A stretch of DNA of 62,139 nt, filler included, from Sphacelaria rigidula (GCA_964200075.2; 11 parts of 11 records of this genome joined end to end with filler, not necessarily neighbours in it), one strand, 5' to 3'. Numbered from the whole stretch's first letter, positions 11,641 to 24,540 are shown. Made by a program: numbers and translations. Notes: a model not told the origin generated them from the sequence alone.

Positions 11641-13372
11641 CTAGGGCGGGACGGCAGCGAACGCCCTGGCAGATGCGTGATGTGTAGGCTAGACGATTTC
11701 TGGTCTCCCGTTTTTATTTTCCGCACCGGTAGCCAAAACCACGAAGGCACATGCATGTTTTGAGACAAGGGCAGAGTCAAAGCAGCTTCAAACGACTTCA
11801 ACGTTGTGAGTGGTCGGTACGAGTGTGTTTCACTTGGTCCGCGAGCAATGTAGGGGGAAAAGGGGGTACATGCTAGCACAACCATGCAAATGAGGGCGAG
11901 GTTCAGGAGCCTTTGACTTGAAACGGGGATGCGGTATTTTTGTCCCTTGGTCTACGTGCATTTCTCTGCTTCTGTTGTCTTTGTGTATCGCCTCCAACTG
12001 CTGTAGCATGGATATGCGTGCCAATGGGCACGCATTGGGATTGAAAGCCGTGTTTGTGACGGCAGTCTCAGCTCGGCGTTTTCGGGAGTGGACCCTAGCC
12101 GTAGCGGTATGCAAAACTAGTGGAAATTTCCTCACCTTTGAGGGTCGTGAAATAGAGTCAAAACAGCTGCAAACTACTTATTATTGTGCGAGAACTCGGT
12201 GCAGAGCAGTCAGCAGTAATTTCGGCTTGAGGGGGATAACCTTGTGGTGGAGCGGGGGAAATCCTACCACCTCCATTGGAATGGGGGCGGGGTACGGCAG
12301 ACTTCGGCGAAAAACCCGGGGACACGGTGTTTTTGTCCCCTGGGCGTGATACATATATATATGTATATATATATATATATATTTTCTGTGACTACAGTTG
12401 GGGTGCGTGTACTCAGCGGCATGCTTTGGCATTGAAAATAGCGTGTTTTTCGTGAGGTAGAGCTTGGCGCATTTCGGTGTTCATCCTTACCGTAGCGAAA
12501 GGCGAAATCAGGCGAAAAGTGCCAATGTTTGAATGAGCACAAAATCGTCAAATTTGCTCCAAAATGCACGTTTGTTTTTCCCAAAGCTTTCACATGTTAC
12601 GAAAATGTAACACGGGTAAATTTGCCCCATCGTTGGAAGACCGAGAAACCAGGGATATGTCATTTACGTCCCCGGTTTTGACCCTGCGTGATTTTGTTTC
12701 TTCACATCGCTGCCAGTGACCTCACAAATGTGCATACCAAATATGGGCTTCTGAAACACTCCGGAACATGCGCAATCACTAGTTGAGCAAAAGTGTGCTT
12801 ATATGGCCAGCACCCATATTTCACGATTTTTTTGAGCGAACGAATGATGTACCGCTCAGCCCCATCATCTCCATTTTTTGTTTTTTGTGTTTCTGCTGCT
12901 CCAGGAAGGTCATGAGTGATCCTAGCTATCATCTGATACCTGTTAATGGTTGTAAATCGAGTAGTTGGCATCAGACCAGCCGTTGGCGCCAGGGGTGGCT
13001 TAAGGTGTGCTTAATAGGGCACTTTACTCTAATGGTCAACATTTTCATGTATTCATGGGAGTATAGAACCTCATTCCGATGTCCAACCTCATTTTCGAGG
13101 AGACTTTCTTACAGGTGGTTCATGATACAAGCTAAGCAAGAATGAACGGGTCCACCTATTTAATGCGATGCACACGTACGTTATATAACGATGCGACCGG
13201 GGGATTACCGGCGGAGAGGAAGGTCCTCACCCGTATCCCTTGTCTGCCCTCGCTCTGCGATACCCAATCGCTGGAGAGATTGGCGTAAGATTGCCCATCA
13301 AATACCCAGTTTGCCAGCATTCTCGTCGTCGTAAGAACGGCAGGCGGTTGGACAGCCCCCCCCCAAAAGGTT

Positions 13373-13440
13373 GCTCCGTCTCGAAAGGGATGCATGGTCA
13401 ATGGTCAAACGACTAAGGCAAGCAACAAATGAGTACGCCC
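13373..13440 (+). repeat. About 68-bp interspersed repeat flanked by C tracts (also 17050, 17392, 21759 on minus, 35037)
   Basis: GCTCCGTCTCGAAAGGGATGCGTGGTCAATGGTCAAACGACTAAGGCAAGCAACAAATGAGTACGCCC-like sequence, five copies in three contigs. Confidence 0.85.
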
Positions 13441-14734
13441 CCCCTCCCCCCCCCAAAAGGTTGGGTTGCCGTTGCGGTGATCAGTGCGAAAATCGATTTA
13501 TTTCTTCTCTTCTTATTGGACAGGACGTGCCCCTGTGCGCTACAGAGCGCATCGTCGAAAAACAGGGCCATGTTCGTGCCACCGCTGTCATGCTGCGACC
13601 GCAACTATACTTTCGGGGGCTCCAAACGATACAGGGTTATGCTTCGTTGACACTTTGCCCAGCACGTAGCACCGTAGCACACCTTGCTCTCCTTGGAAAC
13701 GCACATATGCCAAGCATGAATTAGTTATCTAAGCATCCTACTCCCTGACGCAAATCCTGGGTGAAGAAGTCCACGCGCATGGAGGGTTGAATAGCTCGCC
13801 ATCAGTGTTTCAAACGAAGACGCGGGTGCAACGTAACGATGTGCCGTAGGGTTGTGATGAGAGGCCGTCAACATGCGAATTGGGGTGCTGGCCCCGTTGA
13901 GCCACAGTACGTGATGAGCGGCAACCACATCAGTCCGTTGTGCTTGTAAAAAACAGTGCGAAGTTTAATGCCCATGCTCCTTCCTTCCGTCTTCAGATAT
14001 GAATGAATAGTCCTGACACGACATGTGCGATGATGTGTCCTGAGGTGCAACTGCGCAGTGCAGATACGGTGAGATTGGAAAAGGACGCGACAGTCGCCGA
14101 AAGACAAGCGGCCACGGTTCACTTGTCACAGCGGGAAAAAGAAAGATGAAAAAAAATGGTGACAACGTATGCCACAATGGTGCAGGCCGGGGCATCTCTA
14201 CAACCTGGAGCGTGAGAACCTTCTTGTGCGTCTGACTCACGGCAAGCATTTGCTCACAGGTCACCGTTTTTCCCCAGACCGTGGTTAAACAATACGGTCG
14301 CGCGTACACCTGAAGTAACGGATCCAAAAAACTACCTAGGAAAAAGCAAAATGGCCTTCACTTGTATGGTGAGAGGTCACGAGAATAGCTTTATTTAAGC
14401 GCACCCTTTACCGGGCAACGAAGCGAAACAGGAATGGCAAATGTTGCCCAAAAAACCAACCCCAAAATACAAGCAGTCGCGAGCTTCACCACGGTACGGT
14501 AGCATCAACGTGACCCTCTCGTTCACAATAAAACATCCCTACACCAAAGATACTGGCTTCAGGAACTCCCTAAAAGCTAACACGGTACGGATTCCAGTGC
14601 TTGTGGCCCATTTTCACGGTTGGAGAATGCACCTTCCACTCGGGTGAGCAAAGCTTATATCTCGAGAAACCAGGACAAGATCCTGAATGAGTGCTTCGAA
14701 AGCGGGTAAGCCCAACACTACGGTTTCAACTCCT

Positions 14735-14890
14735 CTATTCTTCCTCTTCGTCGTCGTCATCATCCTCGTCATCCTCCTCCCCCTCCTCATAAAAGAACTG
14801 CTTTTCTTGAGAGTAGATCCTGCCGTACTCGACTGCCTCGCCCCTAGCTTCACGGATGTCTCTCGCGAGTGCCTCGTCTCTAGCCCATTG
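14735..14890 (-). CDS. NDUFB11: NADH dehydrogenase (complex I) ESSS/NDUFB11-like subunit, last exon
   Basis: CTGCAG acceptor; QWARDEALAR...EYG followed by acidic tail and TAG; joins in phase 0 with 16714-16848 to give PETSIKQWARDEAL. Confidence 0.78.
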   Translation of the reverse strand, partial: QWARDEALARDIREARGEAVEYGRIYSQEKQFFYEEGEEDDEDDDDDEEEE

Positions 14891-16713
14891 CTGCAGTGCG
14901 TTTCCGGCATATTGGGGATGGGGCGGCAATTAGACAGCGACCTTCAGTCACCACGGCCATACCGCGAGAAGCGAGGGGTGGCACATGAGCCAACAACTGC
15001 GATCTTGCGACCACTCTTCGGGGACTCGTTCCTGCGCTGCTTCCTACTGCTTTTTCACGGTTTCGCTGATACAGTTGATGAGTTGATGAGTTTTGAGCGT
15101 GCTCGACAAAAGGTTGCACTTCTCGGGAGGAAACACCTTGTGCCAAGTACGTCACTGCGACCAACGATATCCCCGGCTGGACCTGTGTTTGTTAGTGAAG
15201 AATGAAACAGATGCTACAGCTACTTTATACACTACAGAGCAATTTATCGGCAACTGTTCACTTGTCATGGTGTCCAGTGGCGTCATTCTTGACCCTCTGC
15301 AAAGCTCAAGGCCATGTGATTACTTGGAGATTGATCACAGATTTCAAGATAACCCTCATCCCCTACGGGGTGGGGGGGGGGGGGGGGGGGGGGGCAACAA
15401 AGATGTACCACCCTTTGTACGAGCCATTGTTTCCTATCAGTGACATCTACAACCCAAGTAGAGCCGTCAATGGAAGCAATCATGGGTGCGGCCGCAAGAC
15501 CACGGCGAGGCCCCGTCTTATCGATACAAGAAAAAAAAACTAGATTTTGGCTTTGAGCAGTTGTGACTGGTCACGTTTTCGATCCCGTTCATTGGTCGAG
15601 GGCTCACGTTCTACGCTCGCAGCCCATTCAAAGCATGCTCAAGAATATTCGTCTTCTGGAGTCGTTTTTCCAGCAGACAGTTTGCTAAAGGCAACGTAAA
15701 GTGGATGTCTTGCGTGGGCTGTTCGGCTTCATGGGGCCTGAACCGCACACCAGAGGTGCACACTTGTCTGTTGAGCGTGTGACGCACTGGCCTGCTCGCG
15801 TGTCATGACGACGTCATGCTCTGGTAATCGTTTTGTTTTGGCCTTCAGTAAGAATGGCAGGTGACTCCTCGTGATATGAGTTTGTGAATGACCAACCACG
15901 ATACAACAACCACGATACAATCATTCTCGAAAGCGGATTTTTGGGCTCAATATTCATCATCTCGAAAAGACGCAGCCTCACGTGTGTAGCACTACAGACG
16001 GTTTGTGTGGACACTAGTTTCAGGTGACTAGATAGGGGCAATATTTTTTATGCCGTGAAAAGCAGCCAATGCGCACAAAATGGACCGCGGCTGCCGGGTT
16101 TTCTTCTAAAAATCATTGACGAACATGACGGTGGTGGAAGCACAGACAGACAAAATGGAAGGCAGAACAAGCATCCGGAGGTATGCAGGGATTTCGAGCG
16201 CAACGCCCGCTTCAAAACTCAATTTTGTACGAGCCAAATGACCCCAAGGTATCCATGAACAGCAGCCCCTACTCTCTCCGCCCGGGCTCGAGATGCCATG
16301 AAACAACTAGTTTGCGGCCCACAAACAACTAGCCACCCAAGAGACGTACCACTGACTCAAGTGGACACCCGCATATCTACACTTCGCTTCGACCATCAAG
16401 CACGGCCGTCGAAGGTCAAACGCATGTTTTGGGAGGACAAATCGGTCGGCGGGGCACCAGGCGCCAGGCATGGAAGTTGCGCTACCGTGGTAATGATATT
16501 CCAATAGCCAGGTGCGACACCGCGGGTTATACAAGGCTGCCTCCCAGATAGTATTTAGTATATCGACGTAGACAGTGAACCACGTGCCCAACAGGGCCGA
16601 TCATCGCCTGTGTTCGGATCACGTGTGTTGACCCTTTCTAGTCGAATTAATGGAACATGAACAGCCGCGAGTAGATCACACCAAATGGTTGATATAGTTG
16701 ATGAAAAGCGTAC

Positions 16714-16848
16714 CTTGATGCTGGTTTCCGGTCCCATGCCAACCCCGACAAGAAGCACGGCGGCGCTGGTTACATACGTCATCATCATGATTCCCTCCCA
16801 CCCTTCACTCTTCTCCCCAGCGAGCCTGTTGAACAGGTGCGCTTTGCC
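16714..16848 (-). CDS. NDUFB11: NADH dehydrogenase (complex I) ESSS/NDUFB11-like subunit, internal exon (gene 5' partial)
   Basis: GKAHLFNRLAGEKSEGWE + single TM helix + PETSIK; CAG acceptor, AAG/GTACGC donor; 45 codons. Confidence 0.78.
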
Positions 16849-18094
16849 CTGCACAAGGCGGCAAGCAAAGAGCACNNNNNNNNNNNNNNNNNNNNNNNNN
16901 NNNNNNNNNNNNNNNNNNNTTAATTAATTAANNNNNNNNNNNNNNNNNNNNNNNNNNNNNNNNNNNNNNNNNNNNTTTTTTCCCCCACCCCCCTCTTTGT
17001 GGGATTCGTGGAAAGGGGGTCTTGTACCCCACCCCCCCCCCCCCCCCCTGCTCCGTCTCGAAAGGGATGCGTGGTCAGTGGTAAACGATTAAGGCAAGCA
17101 ATAAATGAGTACGCCCCCCTACTCGACCCCCCCGACCCCCAAATGAACTATACAAGGAGAAACGAGACATATTACGAGGGGAATTGTGGGAAGTAAACGA
17201 AGGTGGCATGAAATAGATGAATGCATTAGACGGTGGCGAGAAAACGATGGCTATACCAGGAGATCGTTGGTAGCCACAGACGGCGGAACAGGACGGGGAT
17301 AAGATTTGGAAAAAGGCCCTTGTGTAGTGTATGGGAGAAGCGCAATGAGCGCCTAGATGTTGGATGCGTCTCTATTGGGAGTAGGAATGGTGCTCCGTCT
17401 CGAAAGAGATGCGTGGTCAAATGGTCAAACGCCAGAGGCAAGCAATAAATGAGTACGTCCCCCTTCAGTTGCAATTTGCTCGTGGAATTTGGATGGTACC
17501 CGTATCCGCTATTAACCAAAGTGGCGTGCAGTCCCGTATGGGATGTCATGTCAGGCGATACGCATGCAGAGGGAGGAAATGCTGGCAATACTTGTGCCCT
17601 CTTTCACGTGAGGATAGGGGGCAGTACCATGAACGTTGCTTTCGAATTGACTCCCGCTAGTATTTTTGTTTTTGTTTTCAATCTTGTCTGTGTGTGAACA
17701 AGCGAGGCTCATGGCCCGGTACAAGCGCTTTTGTGCTCTTTTGCGGGGTCGGGTTGGGTTTGGCATGGTGATGGTGATGGTGATGGTGACATTCTTAGAC
17801 CTCGACAAGGCAATGGTGCGTCGGCTACAGCTTGCACGCATGTGCCACCTCATCGAGGATATGCTCGTGTGAAGGGGAGAAAAAACAAGCTGAGCTTATC
17901 TGCTTCTCTGTCTCCAATGTTGGATCGGCATGCGACTTTGCGTCGCGGTTTCCCTCACCCGTTCCTCACACGCACCAACCACCATCAACCCACGCGCCAA
18001 CCCGCTTTTTCCCTCGCTGACGCCTCCAAATGCCCCACCTGTACGTACCTCGGGACCGTACATTCATACGACCCTTTGTGCCTTCGAGGAGCAG

Positions 18095-18211
18095 GAGAAG
18101 CAGTTCTCCTTGATTGACTTTGGGAGCGCGGGCGGAACGTTCGTGCGCCTGGCGACTGGCGTGCCGACGCCGTTGTACCCCAGCATGATGATCATGCTCG
18201 GAAAGCACCAG
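18095..18211 (+). CDS. FHA-domain protein, exon (C-terminal half of an FHA domain)
   Basis: FSLIDFGSAGGTFVRL...MIMLGKHQ resembles the FHA DLGSxNGTFV motif; apparent GC donor; acceptor approximate. Confidence 0.72.
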
Positions 18212-18838
18212 GCATGTGCTTCATTTTTTCCCCCCCCCTTTTTTCTCCACATGAAGACAGTCCTTTTTTTGTTGCGGTAATGAAGATCATTTCACGTCGC
18301 GCGTGCACAGATGGTCGATTTTTATGTGATCAGTTAAAGCCTGCAGATCATACCTCGACGCCGCCGCCCGATGCTGCTGCTGTTGGGATTGGGATTTTGT
18401 TCCGATGTGTTGCCGTAAGAAGCAGTTGTCGTAGGGTCTGCACAGTTGAAGGTAAGAAACCAGTACAAGAAGCTTGCGCGGTACTGCGGAAATGTGTCCG
18501 AACACCGCGATATTTCTCGGTAAAAGCACCGAGTAGAGTTTTGTTTCAGTTTTAGTTTTTTGCTTTTGCTCTTGAGGAATACGTTGTGTGGTGCCTACGC
18601 TGAACCGTGTGGGTGGGCTGACCGTTGTTTATGTCTTTGGCTTGTGGTGTACGCTGCCGAGCCATCCGAAAGTTACGCGAGATGGAGCTGTGTACCGACC
18701 GACCGGACGGATTGATTGATATAGGTACTAGGTAATACTCGAGTATACAGCCAACGTTATTTTGTCGTTGGCGTTTTCGCCTTGGTTGTTGCCCTTGGCG
18801 TCGTGGACGTTCTCGTTGCTGTCGTTGCCGTCGTTCAG

Positions 18839-18998
18839 CTCGAGGTGACCCGCGCGCCTGCGCAGTCTGCGGACGGGGTGGAGATGGACGACGAACCCCC
18901 CATGGCTGCGGAAGACAAAGCGCACGCCGCTGTCGCCCGAGCTGCACGATACCGCGCGGATCCCATTTCAGCAGCTGAGATGGGCCAAGGTGGCCGAG
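18839..18998 (+). CDS. FHA-domain protein, next exon
   Basis: TTCAG acceptor; LEVTRAPAQ... continues the FHA end; GAG/GTGTGT donor, phase 1. Confidence 0.65.
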
Positions 18999-19403
18999 GT
19001 GTGTGTGTTCGTGTGTTCGTGTGTTCGTGTGTTGCGTGCTTTTGTTGTGTTCTATGACTATGGCATGCGAGGTCATGAGTACCCTTTTGACAGCGCCCAC
19101 CCCCCCTGCCCTCGCGGGCGGCTCGTCGTGGTCCTGAGCTCTTTGCTGGTTGGTGTNNNNNNNNNNTTTTAGGAACCCCTCCCCCCCCCCCCCCTGGTCG
19201 CGAGGTCAACGGTCTGTTCACTACGGGTTTATTTGGAATATATTCTTGTGACGATTAGTGAAATGTATATTTACTTCTGTGTGACATCTTTGAGCATCGC
19301 AATTCGTGAGCTTAACTCGAACCTTTCTGAAATCTCTCCCTCCACCCCTATTCCACTACCCCACTAACGCTACGCAAACCAACGTTCGTACAAACCTGGA
19401 CAG

Positions 19404-19753
19404 GCGTGAAGGAGGGAGCGACGACGGACCAAGAGGAGGCCGGTGGACAGCGAGAGCGCGGTCGAACGATGAACGCTCCGTTGCCAAAGGCGGGATTCAA
19501 GCTCGAGGACGCCATGTCGTACCTCAGGATTTCTGGAGCAGACGGGTCGGGGTCGGCGTTAGGGGGGGAAGGCGCGGGCGGCGGCGGGGGTGGGGGCGGG
19601 GGCGCGCCGCTGGCGTTGGAACTGGCGGGCAACGAGCACGAAATCCAGCGATCGAGACAGGACAGCAGTCGGTCGCCGTTGCCGCACGAAGCCGGGAATG
19701 CGGCCGGGGGCGAGGATGACGCTAGCGTTCTCGACACTCCGCTGCAACGTAAC
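19404..19753 (+). CDS. FHA-domain protein, Gly-rich linker exon
   Basis: Phase-1 CAG acceptor is compatible; high GC3; AAC/GTGAGT donor. Confidence 0.7.
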
Positions 19754-20568
19754 GTGAGTGTATAATCAATGTTGTTGTGGTGATTGTGGTAATGGTGGTG
19801 GTGTGTTTCATATGCTTAGGGTTCGTCTCGTTTCCTGGGGGGAAGCTGTGGTTACATGGTGTGACTGCATGGCGGTGCAGTAAGAGTCGGCATGCTGGTG
19901 GACACTTTTGCGGTGACCTGTTTTGTGTGTGTGTTTATTGCTCCAAGTTGAGTTGTTATGGGATGTACCGAATGCAACTGGCTGGCGGTGGCGCACAACG
20001 CTGTGCTGCAGGGCGACGTATACATGTCCGCAACGAATATCCGGTGCACACATGAGCGGTGTAAGAAAAGGACGATGCATGTGCCAGTAACAGGAATGCC
20101 CATGGGGTATCCAGATAAGGACCTGCGTCATTGCTTGTGGCCGACATTTTTTCTTGGCTTGTGCTGTGGAAAAGTACGCAGTCGTGGGTCAACGCTCTTC
20201 CATCGGGCTCTAACAATGTCTGGGTTACCAAACTGGAAGGGGGCATGTTTAGGGTGGGTGGAGCGAGCTGAGTCTATTCTTGCTTGTCTTTCACGGTACT
20301 GCTCGTCGGGGAGCAGATGATATTGGCTGGCCTGAGTAGTCGTCACCTTGTTTCAGGAACACGGGGTAACTGAGCACCTTGTCTTTTTTACGTGAGTTTC
20401 GCTTTTATTCTTCCTCCACGGTTTTTTCCAGCTTCTTTGATACAGTGTCCTCTAATTCGAAAAAAATCAAACACAGGAACTGCTCAATCACATTTGACTG
20501 AGATCATCGTACATGGTTGTAGTAAAAATATGTTGGCCCTGTTACGGCGCTTGTTGTTGATGTTGTTG

Positions 20569-20940
20569 GTGACAGACGTGACCAAAGTCCTGGTTGCGGA
20601 TGTTCGGCACTGCCTACTCGGGGCACTCGCCACTCCCCCTCAACCCCGACGGTCGGGATGGTGACTATAATAGGACAGGGTACGTTGGCTGGTCCTCTTG
20701 GTTGGTGCTGTTGTTGCAGCCCGTGATGAGGTAGCCGTTGTCTTCGGGCTGTGATGGCCACGGTTCGCGAGTACGGCCGGCCACCTCATGAAGAGCAGCA
20801 TCAACAGTAACGGCGAAGGCAAGCACCCCAAGTGCACAGTCTAAGTCACCATCCTGGCGGTCGGGATTGAGGAAGAGGGGCGAGCGCCCGAGTGGACGGT
20901 CCCGTACATTTTCCAGGAAGGGTCGTGTCAAGTCCGTCAC
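20569..20940 (+). ncRNA. Long intronic G.U-rich hairpin, pre-miRNA/hpRNA candidate
   Basis: 20639-20666 pairs with 20844-20871 (28 positions, 2 mismatches, 2 G.U); collinear pairing continues to an apical loop near 20757. Confidence 0.5.
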
Positions 20941-21326
20941 AAAGGAGTGCCTTCAAGTGATGATGAACATTTTTCAAAAATGGGAACGGACTTTTTTATG
21001 GGAACATAAATTGATTTTTGTGGGGGAGGGACTCGAAATCAGGCGGAAAAGTACCTTAACCCCCCCCCCCCCCGTCCTACAACCTCGGTCGTTCTACCTT
21101 GTACGGTGCCCGGGTCGTTTCGGCGCCATGGTATCTCAGTATCCCGATAAGTGCCCCGCAATCTCCCATCAATATCGACGTACAACCCGACATGTCAATC
21201 TGTCTCGCCACCACACAATCCCTTCCCCATCACTATTTCTGTCGCCCGCAACACAACCTTGAGTACGCTGCACGTTTAGATATGGGCCCCACTGATTTCC
21301 ATCAATGTCCAAAGTAAAGTGCAGTG

Positions 21327-21655
21327 GTTGAGAACGGTTTTACCATCAAAGGGGACCTCAAGGCACAGGGTCATAGGTACCTCTCACACGGGGTTGACGC
21401 AGTCATAAGTCCGTCTTCCTGAGTGCTGCCAGCATGCAACGGTGAAGAATCCAATGAGGTCGCATCTGATCTCAAGAGCTTCAACCAGAAGTTTCAAGCT
21501 GAGAGCTTGCGATCGGATGCGACCGCCTTGGATTCTTGACTGTCGCATGCTGGCAGCACCCAGGAAGACGGACGTATGACCGCATCAACCCCGTGTGAGA
21601 GGTACCTATGACCCTGTGCCTTGAGGTCCCCTTTGATGGTAAAACCGTTCTCAAC
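21327..21655. repeat. About 150-bp inverted repeat with short spacer, intronic
   Basis: 21327-21480 versus 21503-21655; the outer about 70 bp are perfect. Confidence 0.9.
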
Positions 21656-22221
21656 ACAGGAACCCCCAGAAGATGGCCCGTCTGAAGCCATGTAGGGGAT
21701 ACGATCTCGCGCAACCCCAAGCACCGTAAAAGGAAGAGAGCAACCGGGGATAGGGGGCGGGCGTACTCATTTGTTGCTTGCCTTGGTCGTTTGACCATTG
21801 ATCACGCATCCCTTTCGAGACGGAACACACGGGGGGAGAGGGGAAGAGGTTGAAAAAAGTTGAGGCCGGATAAAAAGAAACGAGGCCGGCGAGATGGGGG
21901 GGGGAGCGGCAGGTAAGATACCTTTCGCCTTATCTGGAGCTCCCAACATTTGTTTCGCTCCCATGAAATTTCTCTGTGTATATCCGGCATTTTCAGCACA
22001 GATATATGCAGTTGCACCCAATTATGTATGTAAATATAAATGTATGTGTCTGGAAAAGGTTGTGTTGTACCCGACATTCCGGTATGGTTTGGAAAGGTGG
22101 TTACCGATAAGATTTCCTTCTTACACCTCTGTACATTACTTTTAGCCAGTATACCGTACAGAACACGTGTGTATGTGACTAGCGATTTTCGATCTGCGCG
22201 CGCGCGTGTGTGGTGGAGCAG

Positions 22222-22362
22222 CACGGAGAAGGTGAAGACGGGGCTGCCACGGACGACGAAAAAGCGATGCTGGACAAGACATTCGAGTCGGGCGTTAGCC
22301 TGGCCAGAGGTCACCGGCGAGTCTGCCTCGAGTGCTTCGCGCCTGAGGGGACCCCTATCCAG
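22222..22362 (+). CDS. FHA-domain protein, exon leading into a probable further FHA domain (gene 3' partial)
   Basis: Phase 0; HGEGEDG...RVCLECFAPEGTPIQ; CAG/GTGATG donor. Confidence 0.65.
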
Positions 22363-22739
22363 GTGATGATGATGTCGTGTGACGTTATGGAACATGATGA
22401 AACTTACAAAATGAGAACAGAAAAACTTGCTCTGCTCGCTGCATACTCACTTTCGTCCCCCCCCCCCCCCCCCCCCCCCCCGCCCCGCGGGAACCCCGCC
22501 GGCCCCCGCCCGCCTCCTGGTGGCGGGGCCCCCNNNNNNNNNNNNNNNNNNNNNNNNNNNNNNNNNNNNNNNNNNNNTTAATTAATTAANNNNNNNNNNN
22601 NNNNNNNNNNNNNNNNNNNNNNNNNNNNNNNNNCCCCTCCCCCCCCCCCCCCCCTCCCCAACCTCCCACCACCGGCTATCGTTTAACGAATTTCAGTGTG
22701 AGTGTACATCCCGTGCCTAACAACCTTGACAGCTCCCGA

Positions 22740-24095
22740 TACTGTTCTGATCATCGCACAAAACCAGGGAGACTCATGACGCCGAGAAAACGGAAGCGTG
22801 TTTTCCGAAACCGTTGATTTAGCTGGATATTTACTCTCACAATAGTTACGCTGGTAGGAAAAGAAAAAACGGTTTTGTTGCCGACACCGTCCGATAGCTA
22901 CTGCTGCGTTTTTGATGTTGGCAAAAAACAACTGGAGAAATTGTGAAAGGTATGAGCGCAGGAGAGGTCTTTGAACCTCAGGATGTGTCTTCAGCTGATT
23001 TTCGATTCATGCGTGCGTAGGGCTGACAGCTGCGAAGGCGTTTTCGTCCTGCTCTGAGACCTCAGCCCTCAGCGGCACAGAGAGCAATTCGAAGTAAACA
23101 GCTCGCTTGGGGGCAATTCCTGAGCAAATACGAGTGGGTCGCTGGTAACTGCATCCGCATTTTATGGCGTCCCCCTAAGTTATCGACGAATTGATCCCGC
23201 GTGCGTGGAGCGCGAATCGCGTTGCAAAACGGATGTTCCAAGATCTAGACAGGGTTTACAATGGCCGCACAGCCCAACAACGCGTGCGTTCACAACCCGA
23301 GTCACGCTGTCTGCCAGTATACATTCCAAGGAGTCCAAAATCTACCATAACCGGGGAACGCTATGTCACCGTAACCCAAGGTTCCCGAGCGGCTTCGACA
23401 ACCCCCCTGGGTTTCCCAGGATGCACGTCAAGTACAGCCTATGATTTTTGTGATGTGTTGCCTTGCGATCTGAACTCGGCTCAATTGAGGAGCACTTGTG
23501 AGGATAAAGCAAAAGGTGAGTTTAAGAAACAAACGTAGAGTACATCCACAGAACAGAGCTGGAAGTTACGACTGTCTGGTTCGGTGGCTATTGAATCACC
23601 CGACGGCAAGACAGGAGGCGAGAAGATGTGTAGTTTTTGTTTATTTATACCATACAAACTGGCTGTTGTCGCCGAAGACATGGTTCAAAATGATCAGTGG
23701 AGGTGGCGTGAAGATTCGTCGAATCTATATTTCCACACGGCATAACTCATTACATGCCGCCGTCGCTGGTAACAAACCACACGTAAGCTGGTTCAGGGTG
23801 AATGCCCAAAATCTATCCCCCACTACTAGATACAGAACGCAAGACTGACCTGGTAGAGACATGTGTGGTATCGTCGTGACCTCTACGAGCAACCGAACAG
23901 TGTGACATAGCCAGAATGTTTCTCGCGTCGTCCTTTGTTGTGGCGCTGGTAGTGAAAACATTCTCGGCCCATCAGGGACCTTAAAATTGTTCTGACATTG
24001 AAATTGCGAATTCCTGACACAATGTTTATCTGATGCCATCATGAATCAAACCTTAGCAGCCGCCATCAGCTGGGAAATCTAACGCAAGAACAGAT
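22740..24095 (+). ncRNA. Putative large structured RNA element 3 (unclassified)
   Basis: Eight collinear end-closing helices 22742-22963 with 24012-24093; 100-nt rod 22964-23063. Confidence 0.45.
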
Positions 24096-24349
24096 TAAAA
24101 AAACGATTTGTTTGTGATCGAATTATACTGCAAACCATGGTATTTCGGTGGTTTAATTTTTCGACGTCGTCGGATGCCATCGATGACATGAATAAAATAA
24201 CCACGAAAGTCGCGCTGATTTCCCTTATTCCTGTCGTAGAAGAGAGCTCCGGTCATTTTCCAGTTCAGCAGTTTAGTAGATATGGGTGCTCGAAAGAGTG
24301 TTGCCGCGATAGCCCCCAAAACTGCCACGAAGAAAATGGTTATACAGCG

Positions 24350-24540
24350 CATGACAGCTTCTTTCAGGCTCGAAGGAGCGCCTCATATGGGCGACATTGG
24401 CGAAAACGATCACAAGCGTGGGGGTGTCCAGCTGCTCGGGGTGCTCGGCTTTTCGTCATTTTGTCAATTACGTGAAGATTTTGCCTCCTCAAACTAGCCA
24501 CTTTTCTGGGTGAGGGGTGCTATCGCGGCATCAGTTCAGA
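24350..24540 (+). repeat. Interspersed repeat (also about 57170-57360 on plus and about 26650-26830 on minus)
   Basis: Shared GGAGCGCCTCATATGG(G)CGACATTGGCGA...TTGCCTCCTCAAAC.AGCCACTTT. Confidence 0.7.

Noticed and set aside
13850..13880. MLTASHHNP resembling the phosphohexomutase TASHNP motif
   Set aside because: Extra residue, no flanking similarity and no clear exon structure.
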